Below, piece by piece: positions 11,772-21,527 of a stretch of DNA of 64,000 nt (positions within the stretch are counted from its first letter, which is position 1; each line of letters opens with the position of its first letter). The notes below the pieces were generated by a model, which worked only from the letters and a program-made list of their open reading frames with translations, did no database searches and was not told the DNA's origin. The stretch covers positions 248,001 through 312,000 of the forward strand of contig JAIVFI010000030.1 in assembly GCA_025558095.1 (NCBI GenBank). Reading direction: 5' to 3'. A program made the position numbers and the translations under genes. This stretch comes from Hyaloraphidium curvatum SAG 235-1. Taxonomy: Eukaryota > Fungi > Monoblepharomycota.

Positions 11772-13202
11772 ATGACAGCCAACGATGCCGACAAGCCTAT
11801 CCTGCTCAACACCGGTGAAAACATGGTCCAGTGGGACCGCAAGGCCCCCATCTACCTCAACAAGCTCGGGGTGTACGAGTACGTCGTCAACAACGTCCTC
11901 AGCATCGACTGGCAGCTCGAGCAGGCCCGCAAGAGGGCTGCTGAGCGCAGCAACGCTCCAGGGCTCACCGACCGGCAGAGGGATGCCATCCTTGCCGAGG
12001 AAGAGAAGGCCGCGCACTCGATCCTCACGGAACACAAGTTCAGGACGACGGCCGAAAAGGCCTACGGCGAGCTCATGTTGATGCTCGACGACGTCCTCCA
12101 GGAAGCGTTCGACGAGCCCAAGACGGCCTACGACCTCTGGATCGCGATTCACAAGAAGTTCAAAGTTGGAAAGGCGCGCTTGGTACACGCGTCCCAAGTC
12201 CGCGTAAACAAGTGGCAGTGGGACGCTTCAAAGACTGTGGACCAAAACTTCAACGAGCTGCTGAGTATCAAGTCAGAGAGACTTGCGCACAAGAAACCAC
12301 TTTCAGACTACGACGTGGCTTTGATGGTGACGTTCGCCGAAGGCTTCCCGTTCGCAGAACTCCAAGGATTCTGGGGCCGAGTCATTGACGACGACGGGCA
12401 CTTCGACGAAGACGGCAAGAGCGAGAGTATAACATTCTCATTCAATGGCATGCGGGATGCGGCTAACACAGCCCAAGGAAACAAGATGCCGCATGCACCT
12501 GTCAAGATGACAGCTCCGACGCTCCCGCTCCCGCCCCCTGCCGGATTTGGACCCGGCTTCGCTGCCTATCAGCCGCACCAACAACAAGTTCCCCGTGGTG
12601 GTGGCAACCCCAGTCGGCCTCCGCAGCGCCCCTGGTACGAGCACGGTCGCTACGCTCCGTACCCCAGCTACAGGCCGAGCGGCATGGCTCCTATCCAAGG
12701 CCAGGGCCATGATACGCGGATGCGCGGCCACGGGTTGGCACGTGGCGGCATGCGCGGAGGCCGCGGCTACTACCCCGCGCAGACACTGAGGCCGATGGGC
12801 GGCCCAAGCTACCGCCCGGCTGGTGCTGCCGTTTGGAGGCCGACTCCGGTGACCAGTGAGATCACCTGCCGCGAATGCGGCAAGCCGGGGCACGTGGCAT
12901 CGGCGTGCCCCGACAAGAAGTGCCACAATTGCAACGGCAAGGGGCACGTACAGCGCGAGTGCCCGTCACCGCCCCAGCAGCCGTACGCCATGCTGGCAGA
13001 TGCCCAGATGGAACACAGCGAGGGTGAGCATCGGGTGGTGATGTCAGGGCCGAGGTGCCCGCGCCACGAAGGGGCCGCGGTGCTCGGCGCTTGGTTGAAG
13101 AGGAGGGCCGCGGGCCCCGCGTCGCGAAGGGCCGAGGGCCAGATGCTTGAGAGGAGGGCCGCGGGCCCCGCGTCGCGAAGGGCCGAGGTGCCAGACACTT
13201 GA
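11772..13202 (+). CDS. Copia Gag (two CCHC knuckles); probably spliced at 13024
   Basis: KTAYDLWIAIHKKF, CRECGKPGHVASAC, CHNCNGKGHVQREC; the unspliced tail runs into a tandem repeat. Confidence 0.9.
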   Translation: MTANDADKPILLNTGENMVQWDRKAPIYLNKLGVYEYVVNNVLSIDWQLEQARKRAAERSNAPGLTDRQRDAILAEEEKAAHSILTEHKFRTTAEKAYGELMLMLDDVLQEAFDEPKTAYDLWIAIHKKFKVGKARLVHASQVRVNKWQWDASKTVDQNFNELLSIKSERLAHKKPLSDYDVALMVTFAEGFPFAELQGFWGRVIDDDGHFDEDGKSESITFSFNGMRDAANTAQGNKMPHAPVKMTAPTLPLPPPAGFGPGFAAYQPHQQQVPRGGGNPSRPPQRPWYEHGRYAPYPSYRPSGMAPIQGQGHDTRMRGHGLARGGMRGGRGYYPAQTLRPMGGPSYRPAGAAVWRPTPVTSEITCRECGKPGHVASACPDKKCHNCNGKGHVQRECPSPPQQPYAMLADAQMEHSEGEHRVVMSGPRCPRHEGAAVLGAWLKRRAAGPASRRAEGQMLERRAAGPASRRAEVPDT

Positions 13203-13400
13203 GAGGAGGGCCGCGGGCCACGCGTCGCGAAGGGCCGAGGTGCCAGACGCTTGACGAGAAGGGCCGCGGTGCCCTGCGCCGCGAAGGGGCCGCGGTGCCC
13301 GGCGCCTAGGGGAAGGGCCGCGGTGCCCCGCGTCGCGAAGGGCCGAGGGCCAGACGCTTGAAGAAGAGGGCTGCGGGCCCAGCGCCACGAAGGGGCCGCG
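13050..13400. repeat. GC-rich ~51-bp degenerate tandem repeat between gag and pol
   Basis: Recurring GAGAGGAGGGCCGCGGGCCCCGCGTCGCGAAGGGCCGAGG units at ~13098, 13149 and 13201, plus partial copies. Confidence 0.85.
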
Positions 13401-13856
13401 GGCCCGGCGCGTGGAGTGTGGGGCGCGGGTTACTGGGGACCGACGGTTGAGGTTCGCGCCCCTCGGCGCGTTGGCACGCGATCGGCTGATCGAACGTGCG
13501 TGCCGACGCGGGTGTAGCGCGCGCCCAACGGTCCAAACACTCTCGGAATTCCTCGCTTGACAAACACTAACTTCCGCCTCTCCTCTTTCGCTATCTAACT
13601 TCAATCTGCTTCGTACACTCTCTGTTCATTTCGGTAAGGCGACGCCGCTGCCGAAGGTAACTCACCCGCCTCGCACCCAGATCGATCTTCATCGCAGCGT
13701 TGCCTGACAGCCTTCGGCTTCCTGGGATATGGCTCGATGGATGGTGACAGTGAGGGAGCCGATCTCAGCTATGTCGGCTACAACCACGAGCCCGGCGAGG
13801 GAGCGACCTACGGCGACGGCTTCGACTACTAACTACGTGGCGGCGGGGAGGCCGCT

Positions 13857-16800
13857 GTGATGCCGACCGTGATGGCCAACGCCGTTTCGGGGGAGGACAT
13901 CGACGGCGGCATGGTTCAAGCTCAACACGCTCGGGCATACATCAACCATGTCCGCGCGAACAACTGCGATTCCTTCTTCGATTCTGGCGCGAGTCGCAAC
14001 TCCACCAATACCCTAAGCGACCTGACCAAAGTCTACTCTATACCCAAGGTCGTTGTGCATGGACTTACGGGGCCCGTGGAGGTGTCACAGGCTGGCACCA
14101 TGTACGTGCGTTTCCGCACCAGCGGACCCGTTGTTCGGCTTGACAACGTTCTCTTCATGCCGAGCACACCGTGCCGCCTATTCTCGGAAACGGCATTGGC
14201 CGCCGCCGGCATTCGATCCAAGAACCGCTACCTGACGGACAAGCAAATGCAGAAACTGCTATACCTTGTGGACGGCACGGAGTTATGCACTCTTCCCCAG
14301 CAGAACGGCGTTTTCCCGATGTCGATCGAGGTCGTCAAACCGGGGTCAACGCTGCAGGCCATGTGGGGACTCACCGACGCAGATTTGATCCGACTGCGCG
14401 GGGTACGCATGTCACGTCTCTACGACCGTCACCTGTGGCATGCCCGGTGTGCGCACGCTCACATTGAGCGCATCCGGATAGCGCAGAGGTCGGGCGCAGT
14501 GCTTGGCCTTGAGAACGTCGATCTGGGCCCCGAGTCGGAGGTTATCGAGTGCGACGTCTGCCTGCACGCCAAGCTGACAACCGCGCCGTTCTGCCCCTCG
14601 ATGCGTGAGCACGTCAAGGATGTTATGGATCTCTGGCACGTTGACCTCAAGGGCCCGGTCGATATCACTTCCGTGCACGGCGACCGCTACTGGATGGATG
14701 TCAAGGACGAGTGGTCGCAGGAGCTTTGGTCGATCCCCCTGAAGACCAAGGACGAAGCGGCACCTCTCCTTCAGCAGCTCATCGTGTGGGCCGAGACGCA
14801 GACCGGGAAACGCCTCAAGCACCTCCAGTCTGACCAGGGTACCGAGCTCGGGCGGTGGAACGCAAGGGAGCTGGGCTGGTTCCAGACCTGGTTACGTGAA
14901 CGAGGCACTCACTTCCGGGTCTCCATAGCCGATACGCCTCAACAGAACGCGGTACCCGAACGCGAGCATCGTTCCCAGGTCGAAGGGGTACTTGCGCTCT
15001 GCATCCAGGCTGACGTCGAGAAGCGTTTCTGGAACTACGCCCTCGCATACAAGACTGAGGTCCGCAACATGCTCCCAACGGTGAAGACGATGCAACGGGG
15101 CACAAACGGAACGGTTACCACGCCGCATGAGCTGTGGACGGGGACTAAACCCGACCTGTCACGTCTCCGCACGTTCGGGTCGGAGTGCTGGTACGGCATC
15201 CTCCCCAGCCAGCGCAAGGCTCTGGACGACCGTGCACACCGTGCAATCTTCCTCGGTTTCCCGAAGCATCTGAAGGCGTACACGGTTCTGGATCTGACCA
15301 CAGGCAAGATAGTTCATGCTCGATCGGTTGTCTTCAACGAGCGCTATTCTAAACGCTCACCCGGCTCGTTCCGCGAGATTGACGAGCTGGGGAAGCAACG
15401 ACCTTTTGCTCTTGTGCATCCTCGACTTCCCCCCCGGCTCTCCAAGCCGGTGGATCCAGCGATGGATGAAGACAGCGACGATGATCAGCGGACACAGCGC
15501 AAGGATGCGGGAACGGGCCCCCAGGAATCTGCACAGCGACATGAGGCGCACGAAGCGTACGAGTGGGAGCTCCTTGAGGAAGAGATTGAGTACCCACCGG
15601 AAGCAGAGCGGGAGGAAGTGGATGCTGGCGATGGCGATGAGCCATGTGATGCGCAGCATCCCCTCGCTGGACCTGATGACGGTCTGCCAGATCCCCTCAT
15701 CATGCCCTACGCCATGATTGCGACTCCACTGACTTGCTCTCCTTCTTTTCGCTTCCCAGTCTTTGAGACGTGGCGCATTCCAGCAACGTGTGCCCCGCAT
15801 CCAGACACGAGCCCGGTGACCCTGCTGTCGGTGCATGGTGTCACCATCCCGCGCACATACAACGAATCGCAGAGGTCACCGCATGCGGCTCAGTGGGAGG
15901 AAGCGCGGCAGGAGGAGAACAAGTCGATTCTTGAGATGGGTGTGGTCGAGGAGACGGAACTCCCCACTGGTGACGAGGACAAGGTGGTGCCCTCGCACTA
16001 CGTCTACGACGTCAAGAAGGACCAGAACAACAACGTTACGCGCTTCAAGGCACGCTTGGTGGCGGATGGAAACCGCCAATCCGAGCAAACATACGACGAT
16101 ACGTTCGCTGCCGTTCCTAACCAAGTCGTTTTCCGCCTCTTCCTTCTTCTTGTTGCCACGCTGGGCCTCCTCTGTGATCACTGGGACATCAAGACGGCGT
16201 TTCTGCATGCTCCGCTGGACTACATTGTCTACATCAGGCCGCCTCCGGGATGGCGATTTCTCAAGGAGTCTTCCTCGCGCACAGTGCTTCGGCTGCTGAA
16301 GAGTCTCTATGGATTACGGCAAGCGATGCGCTTGTTCCTTGCAATGCTTGATCATTTCCTTCGCCAGGCTGGATTCGTGAAGCTGGCCTCCGAGAGCTGT
16401 CTCTACGTGCGCTTCGCGGCCGGCCGCATTATGATCGTCTTTGTCTACGTGGACGACTTGCTGGTTGCCGCCACCTCACTGCTGGAGATCGATGAATTGT
16501 TTGCCAGTCTCAAGCAGCATTTCAACATCAACTTGCTGGGCCCTGTCACTTACTGCTTGGGCGTGCACATCCGTCGCGACACCGGCACTGGTACAATCTC
16601 ATTGTCGCAGACGGCATACATCGACCGCGTCCTCCGCGACTTCGCATTCACGCGTGATGTTCCCAGCAAGGAGACAAAGTCTGCTCTCACGCCGATGCGC
16701 CCGGATGCACTCCAGATGCTGCGCCCATTCAACCCCACGGTATTTGACAGCCTGCCAACGAAGATCCAAGACGACGTCAAAAGCTTCAACTACAAGGGCC

Positions 16801-17489
16801 TGATTGGATCTCTACTTTGGATTGCTATTACAGCACGGCAAGACATTGCCTTTGCGGTTGTTTTTCTTTCTCGCTTTGCCAACAGCTTTGGGCCTCTTCA
16901 CATCAAGGCGCTTCGAGATGTTTTGCGCTACCTGCGCCGCACCCGTACCTATGGACTCGTTCTTGGTCGTCGTCCTGCGTCTGGTGATCGCTTGGATCTC
17001 TGTGCATATGCGGATGCCGATTTTGCTGGCTGTGTGATGACCCGCAAGTCGACCACGGGTCTCGTCATCCTCATGGGTGATTCCAGCATTGCCTGGCTGA
17101 CCAAGCGGCAATCCATCGTTGCACAGTCTACTACGGAAGCCGAGTATGTTGCTATGGCGCATGCAGTTCGCAACATTCTCTGGCTGCGCTCCATCCTGCA
17201 GGAACTCGGCTTTGCGCGGACGACACCTACGCGACTTTTCGAGGACAACAAGTCTGCTGAACAGCTCGCTCGTGATCCTAAGTTCCACGAGCGCACGAAG
17301 CACATCGATATCAAGTACCACCTCGTTCGCGACACTGTGCAAAATGGAACCATTGAAACTGCGCGGGTGCTGTCAGACGACAACTTTGGGGACGGCTTTA
17401 CCAAGCCTTTAGCTCCGGCCCCTTTTGACATTTTCCGTGCGCGCATTGGTGTTGTGGATCTTGATCCGGGTTCGGCTTCCAGTACGTGA
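13857..17489 (+). CDS. Copia Pol polyprotein (protease, integrase, RT, RNase H), uninterrupted
   Basis: FFDSGAS; LWHARCAH..CDVC; HVDLKGP..SDQGTE..PQQNAVPER; RFKARLVA, YVDDLL; YADADFAG, STTEAEY, EDNKSA, KHIDIKYH. Confidence 0.97.
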   Translation: MMPTVMANAVSGEDIDGGMVQAQHARAYINHVRANNCDSFFDSGASRNSTNTLSDLTKVYSIPKVVVHGLTGPVEVSQAGTMYVRFRTSGPVVRLDNVLFMPSTPCRLFSETALAAAGIRSKNRYLTDKQMQKLLYLVDGTELCTLPQQNGVFPMSIEVVKPGSTLQAMWGLTDADLIRLRGVRMSRLYDRHLWHARCAHAHIERIRIAQRSGAVLGLENVDLGPESEVIECDVCLHAKLTTAPFCPSMREHVKDVMDLWHVDLKGPVDITSVHGDRYWMDVKDEWSQELWSIPLKTKDEAAPLLQQLIVWAETQTGKRLKHLQSDQGTELGRWNARELGWFQTWLRERGTHFRVSIADTPQQNAVPEREHRSQVEGVLALCIQADVEKRFWNYALAYKTEVRNMLPTVKTMQRGTNGTVTTPHELWTGTKPDLSRLRTFGSECWYGILPSQRKALDDRAHRAIFLGFPKHLKAYTVLDLTTGKIVHARSVVFNERYSKRSPGSFREIDELGKQRPFALVHPRLPPRLSKPVDPAMDEDSDDDQRTQRKDAGTGPQESAQRHEAHEAYEWELLEEEIEYPPEAEREEVDAGDGDEPCDAQHPLAGPDDGLPDPLIMPYAMIATPLTCSPSFRFPVFETWRIPATCAPHPDTSPVTLLSVHGVTIPRTYNESQRSPHAAQWEEARQEENKSILEMGVVEETELPTGDEDKVVPSHYVYDVKKDQNNNVTRFKARLVADGNRQSEQTYDDTFAAVPNQVVFRLFLLLVATLGLLCDHWDIKTAFLHAPLDYIVYIRPPPGWRFLKESSSRTVLRLLKSLYGLRQAMRLFLAMLDHFLRQAGFVKLASESCLYVRFAAGRIMIVFVYVDDLLVAATSLLEIDELFASLKQHFNINLLGPVTYCLGVHIRRDTGTGTISLSQTAYIDRVLRDFAFTRDVPSKETKSALTPMRPDALQMLRPFNPTVFDSLPTKIQDDVKSFNYKGLIGSLLWIAITARQDIAFAVVFLSRFANSFGPLHIKALRDVLRYLRRTRTYGLVLGRRPASGDRLDLCAYADADFAGCVMTRKSTTGLVILMGDSSIAWLTKRQSIVAQSTTEAEYVAMAHAVRNILWLRSILQELGFARTTPTRLFEDNKSAEQLARDPKFHERTKHIDIKYHLVRDTVQNGTIETARVLSDDNFGDGFTKPLAPAPFDIFRARIGVVDLDPGSASST

Positions 17490-18054
17490 TGGGCCTGAGG
17501 CCAGCGTTCTCTGCGAGCCGGACCCTGCCGGGAATCTCTGCCCGTGATGAGCCTGAGGCTAGTAGGCAGCCGTTCCTTGGTTTTCTGGGGGCGTTTTCTC
17601 TACGTGTAACTCTGGATTGTATTGTGTCTTGTACTTTCTTTGCATGTATGGTCTCTGGGGGAGCCTTGTACGGCAATTGGATCGCCCGGGCTTGGGGGGA
17701 GGTGTGACGTGCGATGTGACATCAGGGAGCCTGGCCTAGGCAGCCCGAGGAACTCAATCCCGGGGCGTGGAGGAGCACGCGGTGGGGGACTCCACTCGAT
17801 CCACTCGCCTCCAAATGGGGGAGTGTTGCTGGGGATGGATGGATGTGTTTGGAGCCGTCGGATCGAGTTGGAGTTGGTCCTGGAGTTGGATGTTGGACTT
17901 GGATGGATGGGTGGATCTTGGCTAGACAATAACCTAGGAGGGCGGCTCTAGGGAGAAGGGAATAACACAACAAACACCAGGAACGCCACCTGCCTCATCC
18001 GCACCTGTCTCTGGGCGCCTGCAACCAGGGGAACAAAGGTCCAGGGTATCGCCC

Positions 18055-19524
18055 ATGGCCCTCGACGACGACGAGGATGTGGAGGTCGAGGACGTGCCGA
18101 TCCGATTGGCAAAACGCCCCTCGAACCGCGATCGGAAGACGGGGCAATCGATTTCGAGCAACGCACGCGCCTGGGAGCGCATCGACATGCTCATTGCATC
18201 GGGCAAAGCCAACTACCCTGGTCTGATCACCCTGGACACCAAATTTCTCGAATCCCTCCGAGATGGACAAAAGAACAATGGCGATCGGTTCTCTCCCGTG
18301 AGCATCCTTCAGTACCACTCGCACGCATGCTTGCTTGGGCGCCTTGTCGTGGCAAAGAAGCGCGGCATTGCGCGGGAGAACACCTTCCTAGAAGTCCCGA
18401 CGGATGACCGCGATGTTCAGACCTACCGTGAATGGCTTCGGTACTACCCGATCGACCGTCTCTGGCGCACTGTTGAACGCCACACGGCCAGCTTTGCCAG
18501 TCAATCAGTCTTTGCCGTCACCTTGCAGAAGCTCTTTACGCTCCTTCGCGGATCGCCAGATCATGCGGACCCCATGTTCTTTGGCGAGAAGATCAAGGAA
18601 CTGGCGAAGCTCACTAAGAAGCAGAAGGCACTGCAGCTTCCGCAGCTAAGCGGCTCGGATCTCCAGGTGGAGTATCGCCTGCTCCGTCAAAAGGTGGAAA
18701 GCTTCGCCCGGGATGTTCTCACGCGATACGAAACGGCGTCACCGGACGTAGTGCGCCGCGGGCTAGGAGACATCCAAGCGGCGACCATTTGTGCAATCTA
18801 CGTACTGCATCCACCAAGCAGATCTGACTACGCTTTCCTTCGCTTCACGCCCACGAAGAACACCAATTTTTACGACGGCGGAGAGGATTGCATTGTCCTC
18901 AACAACTTCAAAACAGCAGCCTCCATCGGAAGGACGTACGTCAAGGTGGAGAACGAGCTTGTCCGACGCCTTCTGCATCTGCTCGTTGATCGGATCCGCA
19001 GCCAGGACGGCGACCGCTACGTGTTCCAAAGTCGCCCGGGCAAGCCGTTTTCGACGGAATCGGGTTTCGGACAGCATGTGGGCCACTGCTTCAAAAAGGT
19101 CACAGGCGACGCCCTGCGCCCGACTTCATTGCGCCGCTTGTACATCAGCTTCCACGCCTGCGGCACCGTCGACGAGAGCGGCGAACATTGCGTGCCTAGA
19201 GCCGAGGAGAACGCTGTCCTCGCCCGAAGCATGATGCACAGTGCAGCCCAACAGGCAACGTACCGTCGACAGCCATCATTGCAGCACATCAAGTCCACGC
19301 TCCCGGTGAACGACCCGATCGTGCCTTCCACCACGACCGCTGCCGCGCTGGACGCCGTTGAGCGCATGCAAGCTGTGCAGGGAGGCGACAGTCGGGAGCA
19401 GCGTCTGGCGTGGGAACAGGCGAAGCGGGATTTGGTAAGGAAAGCGGTAGAAATCGATGAAGCGCGCGAAGCCGCGGCAAAACGCCACCGTGAGCGTCTG
19501 CATCAGAGGCGGCTGTCAAATTAG
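18055..19524 (+). CDS. Tyrosine recombinase/integrase (resembles virophage OLV11/Polinton-like-virus type), intronless
   Basis: Catalytic set R256 (YVLHPPSRSDY), K286 (NNFKT..IG), R360 (TSLRRLYIS), H395 and Y403 (LARSMMHSAAQQATY). The family assignment comes from recalled motif pattern, not a search. Confidence 0.85.
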   Translation: MALDDDEDVEVEDVPIRLAKRPSNRDRKTGQSISSNARAWERIDMLIASGKANYPGLITLDTKFLESLRDGQKNNGDRFSPVSILQYHSHACLLGRLVVAKKRGIARENTFLEVPTDDRDVQTYREWLRYYPIDRLWRTVERHTASFASQSVFAVTLQKLFTLLRGSPDHADPMFFGEKIKELAKLTKKQKALQLPQLSGSDLQVEYRLLRQKVESFARDVLTRYETASPDVVRRGLGDIQAATICAIYVLHPPSRSDYAFLRFTPTKNTNFYDGGEDCIVLNNFKTAASIGRTYVKVENELVRRLLHLLVDRIRSQDGDRYVFQSRPGKPFSTESGFGQHVGHCFKKVTGDALRPTSLRRLYISFHACGTVDESGEHCVPRAEENAVLARSMMHSAAQQATYRRQPSLQHIKSTLPVNDPIVPSTTTAAALDAVERMQAVQGGDSREQRLAWEQAKRDLVRKAVEIDEAREAAAKRHRERLHQRRLSN

Positions 19525-19536
19525 CCAGGGAAGGTG

Positions 19537-19995
19537 TCAAAGGAGCCGTTCTCCGCAGTAGATGTCGGCGAGCTCACGATCTTGCATCATGTCTTGCGCA
19601 ACGATGCGGAGGACCGTGAGGAGGCCGCGACGCCAACTCAGTGACCATTTGTTGGCGGGGGAGGTCAGGAGAGCAAGAACGAGTTCGTGGTTCCTCACCC
19701 AATCAAACGTGCGTGGGATGTCGCTCCATGAGAGCGTGGCGGCGACGTGCATGAGGCGTTTCCACGTTTTGCGTTCCGCAAGATCCCCACTGACGTGGCT
19801 GGCGGCACAATGGAGTCGGCAGAGCAGCATGAGACGGCGTCGGTAGGTGAGTTGCGTGGATGTCGACCACACGTACTCCTTTCCGCCGGCCTCCATCAAC
19901 AAGGAGATCGGATGCGTTGCGATCGCTGTTTTGTCGACCGCGGTCTGGGCCGGGCGCCCGAAGCGGGTGGCTTGCTGCGGTTCCGCCTCAGCCAT
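19537..19995 (-). CDS. Small helical protein A, stand-alone recombinase core-binding-like domain paralogue
   Basis: WSTSTQLTYRRRLMLLCRL...IPRTFDWVR...SWRRGLLTVLRIV...DRELADIYCGERL; shares motif with 20485-20934 and 21000-21488. Confidence 0.75.
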   Translation of the reverse strand: MAEAEPQQATRFGRPAQTAVDKTAIATHPISLLMEAGGKEYVWSTSTQLTYRRRLMLLCRLHCAASHVSGDLAERKTWKRLMHVAATLSWSDIPRTFDWVRNHELVLALLTSPANKWSLSWRRGLLTVLRIVAQDMMQDRELADIYCGERLL

Positions 19996-20062
19996 CGTCT
20001 TGTGCTGCAATCTTGTCGGCTATCGGAGGATGTTTTTCATCGCGGTTGGACGGAGCAAGGCC

Positions 20063-20533
20063 ATGGGGCGTTACGACGATGAGCTAGCGGACGTGGTGTT
20101 CAAAGCTGCGCAAATTGCAAATTGGAGTCCGAGCACAACTTTATTCAACAAACGACTGGTTCGATGCATTGCCGCGTTCTTCACGGCCGCCCAGCGCTTG
20201 AAGCAGGAGGGCGTGACAAACCAGGACTTCTTCGTGCTCCAGCGTCTCGCACGCCGCATTCGCGGACCCTTCGACACGACCGTTCTTCGCCGACCCAAGT
20301 TCTTCAAATGGCTGATGAAGAAGTCCGGGTGGGCCGACACTCGGATACGCAATGCGAGGCATGCGATGGGTGTAGCAGCTCATGCTGCGTTTGGGGCGGG
20401 GGCAGATGAGCCGTTTGCAAAGGCACCGAAACGTATCCGGCGTGTCGAGAAAGTGACCCTCGTCAGCAAGCGACGGCGGCGGCGTCAGGCGGGGGGAGCG
20501 GCCGAGGTTGCGGTGGAGGCGAGCGAGGCTTGA
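20063..20533 (+). CDS. Small helical protein B, more divergent paralogue with basic NLS-like tail
   Basis: KAAQIANWSPSTT...IAAFFTA..RL...LQRLARR...; KRRRRR tail. Confidence 0.65.
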   Translation: MGRYDDELADVVFKAAQIANWSPSTTLFNKRLVRCIAAFFTAAQRLKQEGVTNQDFFVLQRLARRIRGPFDTTVLRRPKFFKWLMKKSGWADTRIRNARHAMGVAAHAAFGAGADEPFAKAPKRIRRVEKVTLVSKRRRRRQAGGAAEVAVEASEA

Positions 20534-20934
20534 CGGTGAAGGCGTTCCTGAAAGCTCTTCTCGTTGTAAGCGGTCGCCAGGTACGGGTCGTGCAAAACGA
20601 GATCACAAATGATCCCCAGGGTCACAAACGCTTGTCGCCGCCATTCTCTGCGGTGGGGGTTGCCGTCCGCGTTCAGAATCCAGTCCAACGAGACAACGTC
20701 ACGCGCAAAGTTGAAATCGTCCGGCAGGTCGACGTCCTTCGACTGGCGTGCCAACTCGTCAACGTCGTCGAACGAAAAGCCCTCGTCTCGTTCCTGCAAA
20801 CGAAGCGCAGTGTAGGCGGCATGCAGCTTGGCCAGGTGGAGCGACGCAGATGCAACCTTTTTCGTCGTGCTTTCGCTCCAGAGAAGTTGTTTTCCGGCTT
20901 TTCGCATGGCCTTGGCGTACGCTGCGGAGGCCAT
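20485..20934 (-). CDS. Small helical protein C, paralogue
   Basis: WSESTT...LAKLHAA...DELARQ...LPDDFNFAR...EWRRQAFVTLGII...LHDPYLATAY. Confidence 0.75.
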   Translation of the reverse strand: MASAAYAKAMRKAGKQLLWSESTTKKVASASLHLAKLHAAYTALRLQERDEGFSFDDVDELARQSKDVDLPDDFNFARDVVSLDWILNADGNPHRREWRRQAFVTLGIICDLVLHDPYLATAYNEKSFQERLHRQASLASTATSAAPPA

Positions 20935-20999
20935 GGTTGTGTCAAACGTGACTTGGAAATTCCACGTCCTCTCCGGGCGGCGGCGCCCTGCTTCTTAGA

Positions 21000-21488
21000 C
21001 TAGTCCATGTCGTCGGGCATATCTGCGAAGTCCCCGATGGCGACCGGCGTCGGAGGCGTTGACGGCTGTTGATCCCCTTTCTTCAGGTTTCGAACCGAGT
21101 ATCGGCTTGCGAGAACGGGATCGGAGAGGAACAATTCGGCTGCGAGGCGGAGGGCCGAGATGGACGAGCGCACGTAGCTGGGGCTCCCACCCAACCTCGC
21201 AATGATGCCCAGGACGACGTCGCGTTGACGAAGCCAACCAAAGTCCCGGGGCAGGGAAGACCGGGGTAGGCGACGGGCAAGGTCGTCAATGAGAGCCCAT
21301 CCCTCCTCCGGGATCTCGCCGGGCTCGACCGTGTCGAGGCGCGATCTCAGCCGTCGAAGGGCGACAAATAGCGCGCAAATGCGACAGAGACGGGCGCCGT
21401 AGCTGTAGGCGGATGATTTGGACCATTTGGCGGCCTTGGCCACGCGGGAGATGCTTCGTTCGATGAGATCGGGCTCCGCGGATGGCAT
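21000..21488 (-). CDS. Small helical protein D, paralogue
   Basis: WSKSSAYSYGARLCRICALFVA...DDLARR...LPRDFGWLR...SYVRSSISALRLA...LSDPVLASRY. Confidence 0.75.
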   Translation of the reverse strand: MPSAEPDLIERSISRVAKAAKWSKSSAYSYGARLCRICALFVALRRLRSRLDTVEPGEIPEEGWALIDDLARRLPRSSLPRDFGWLRQRDVVLGIIARLGGSPSYVRSSISALRLAAELFLSDPVLASRYSVRNLKKGDQQPSTPPTPVAIGDFADMPDDMD

Positions 21489-21527
21489 TGACGTGACCGG
21501 CGAAAAAGCCGCGATCGACGCACACGC

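Larger units (their letters stand above)
11495..18035 (+). mobile_element. Full-length Ty1/copia LTR retrotransposon
   Basis: 212-bp LTRs 11495-11706 and 17824-18035 (TG...CA; one mismatch seen), PPT ATGGGGGAG before 17824, gag then PR-IN-RT-RH order; no TSD. Confidence 0.96.

Noticed and set aside
18055-19524. YR as a Starship captain, DIRS or Crypton recombinase
   Set aside because: It is short and intronless, has no linked RT/RNase H of its own and no GCR1_C-like tail, and its motifs differ from DUF3435 as I recall them. An HMM search is still needed.
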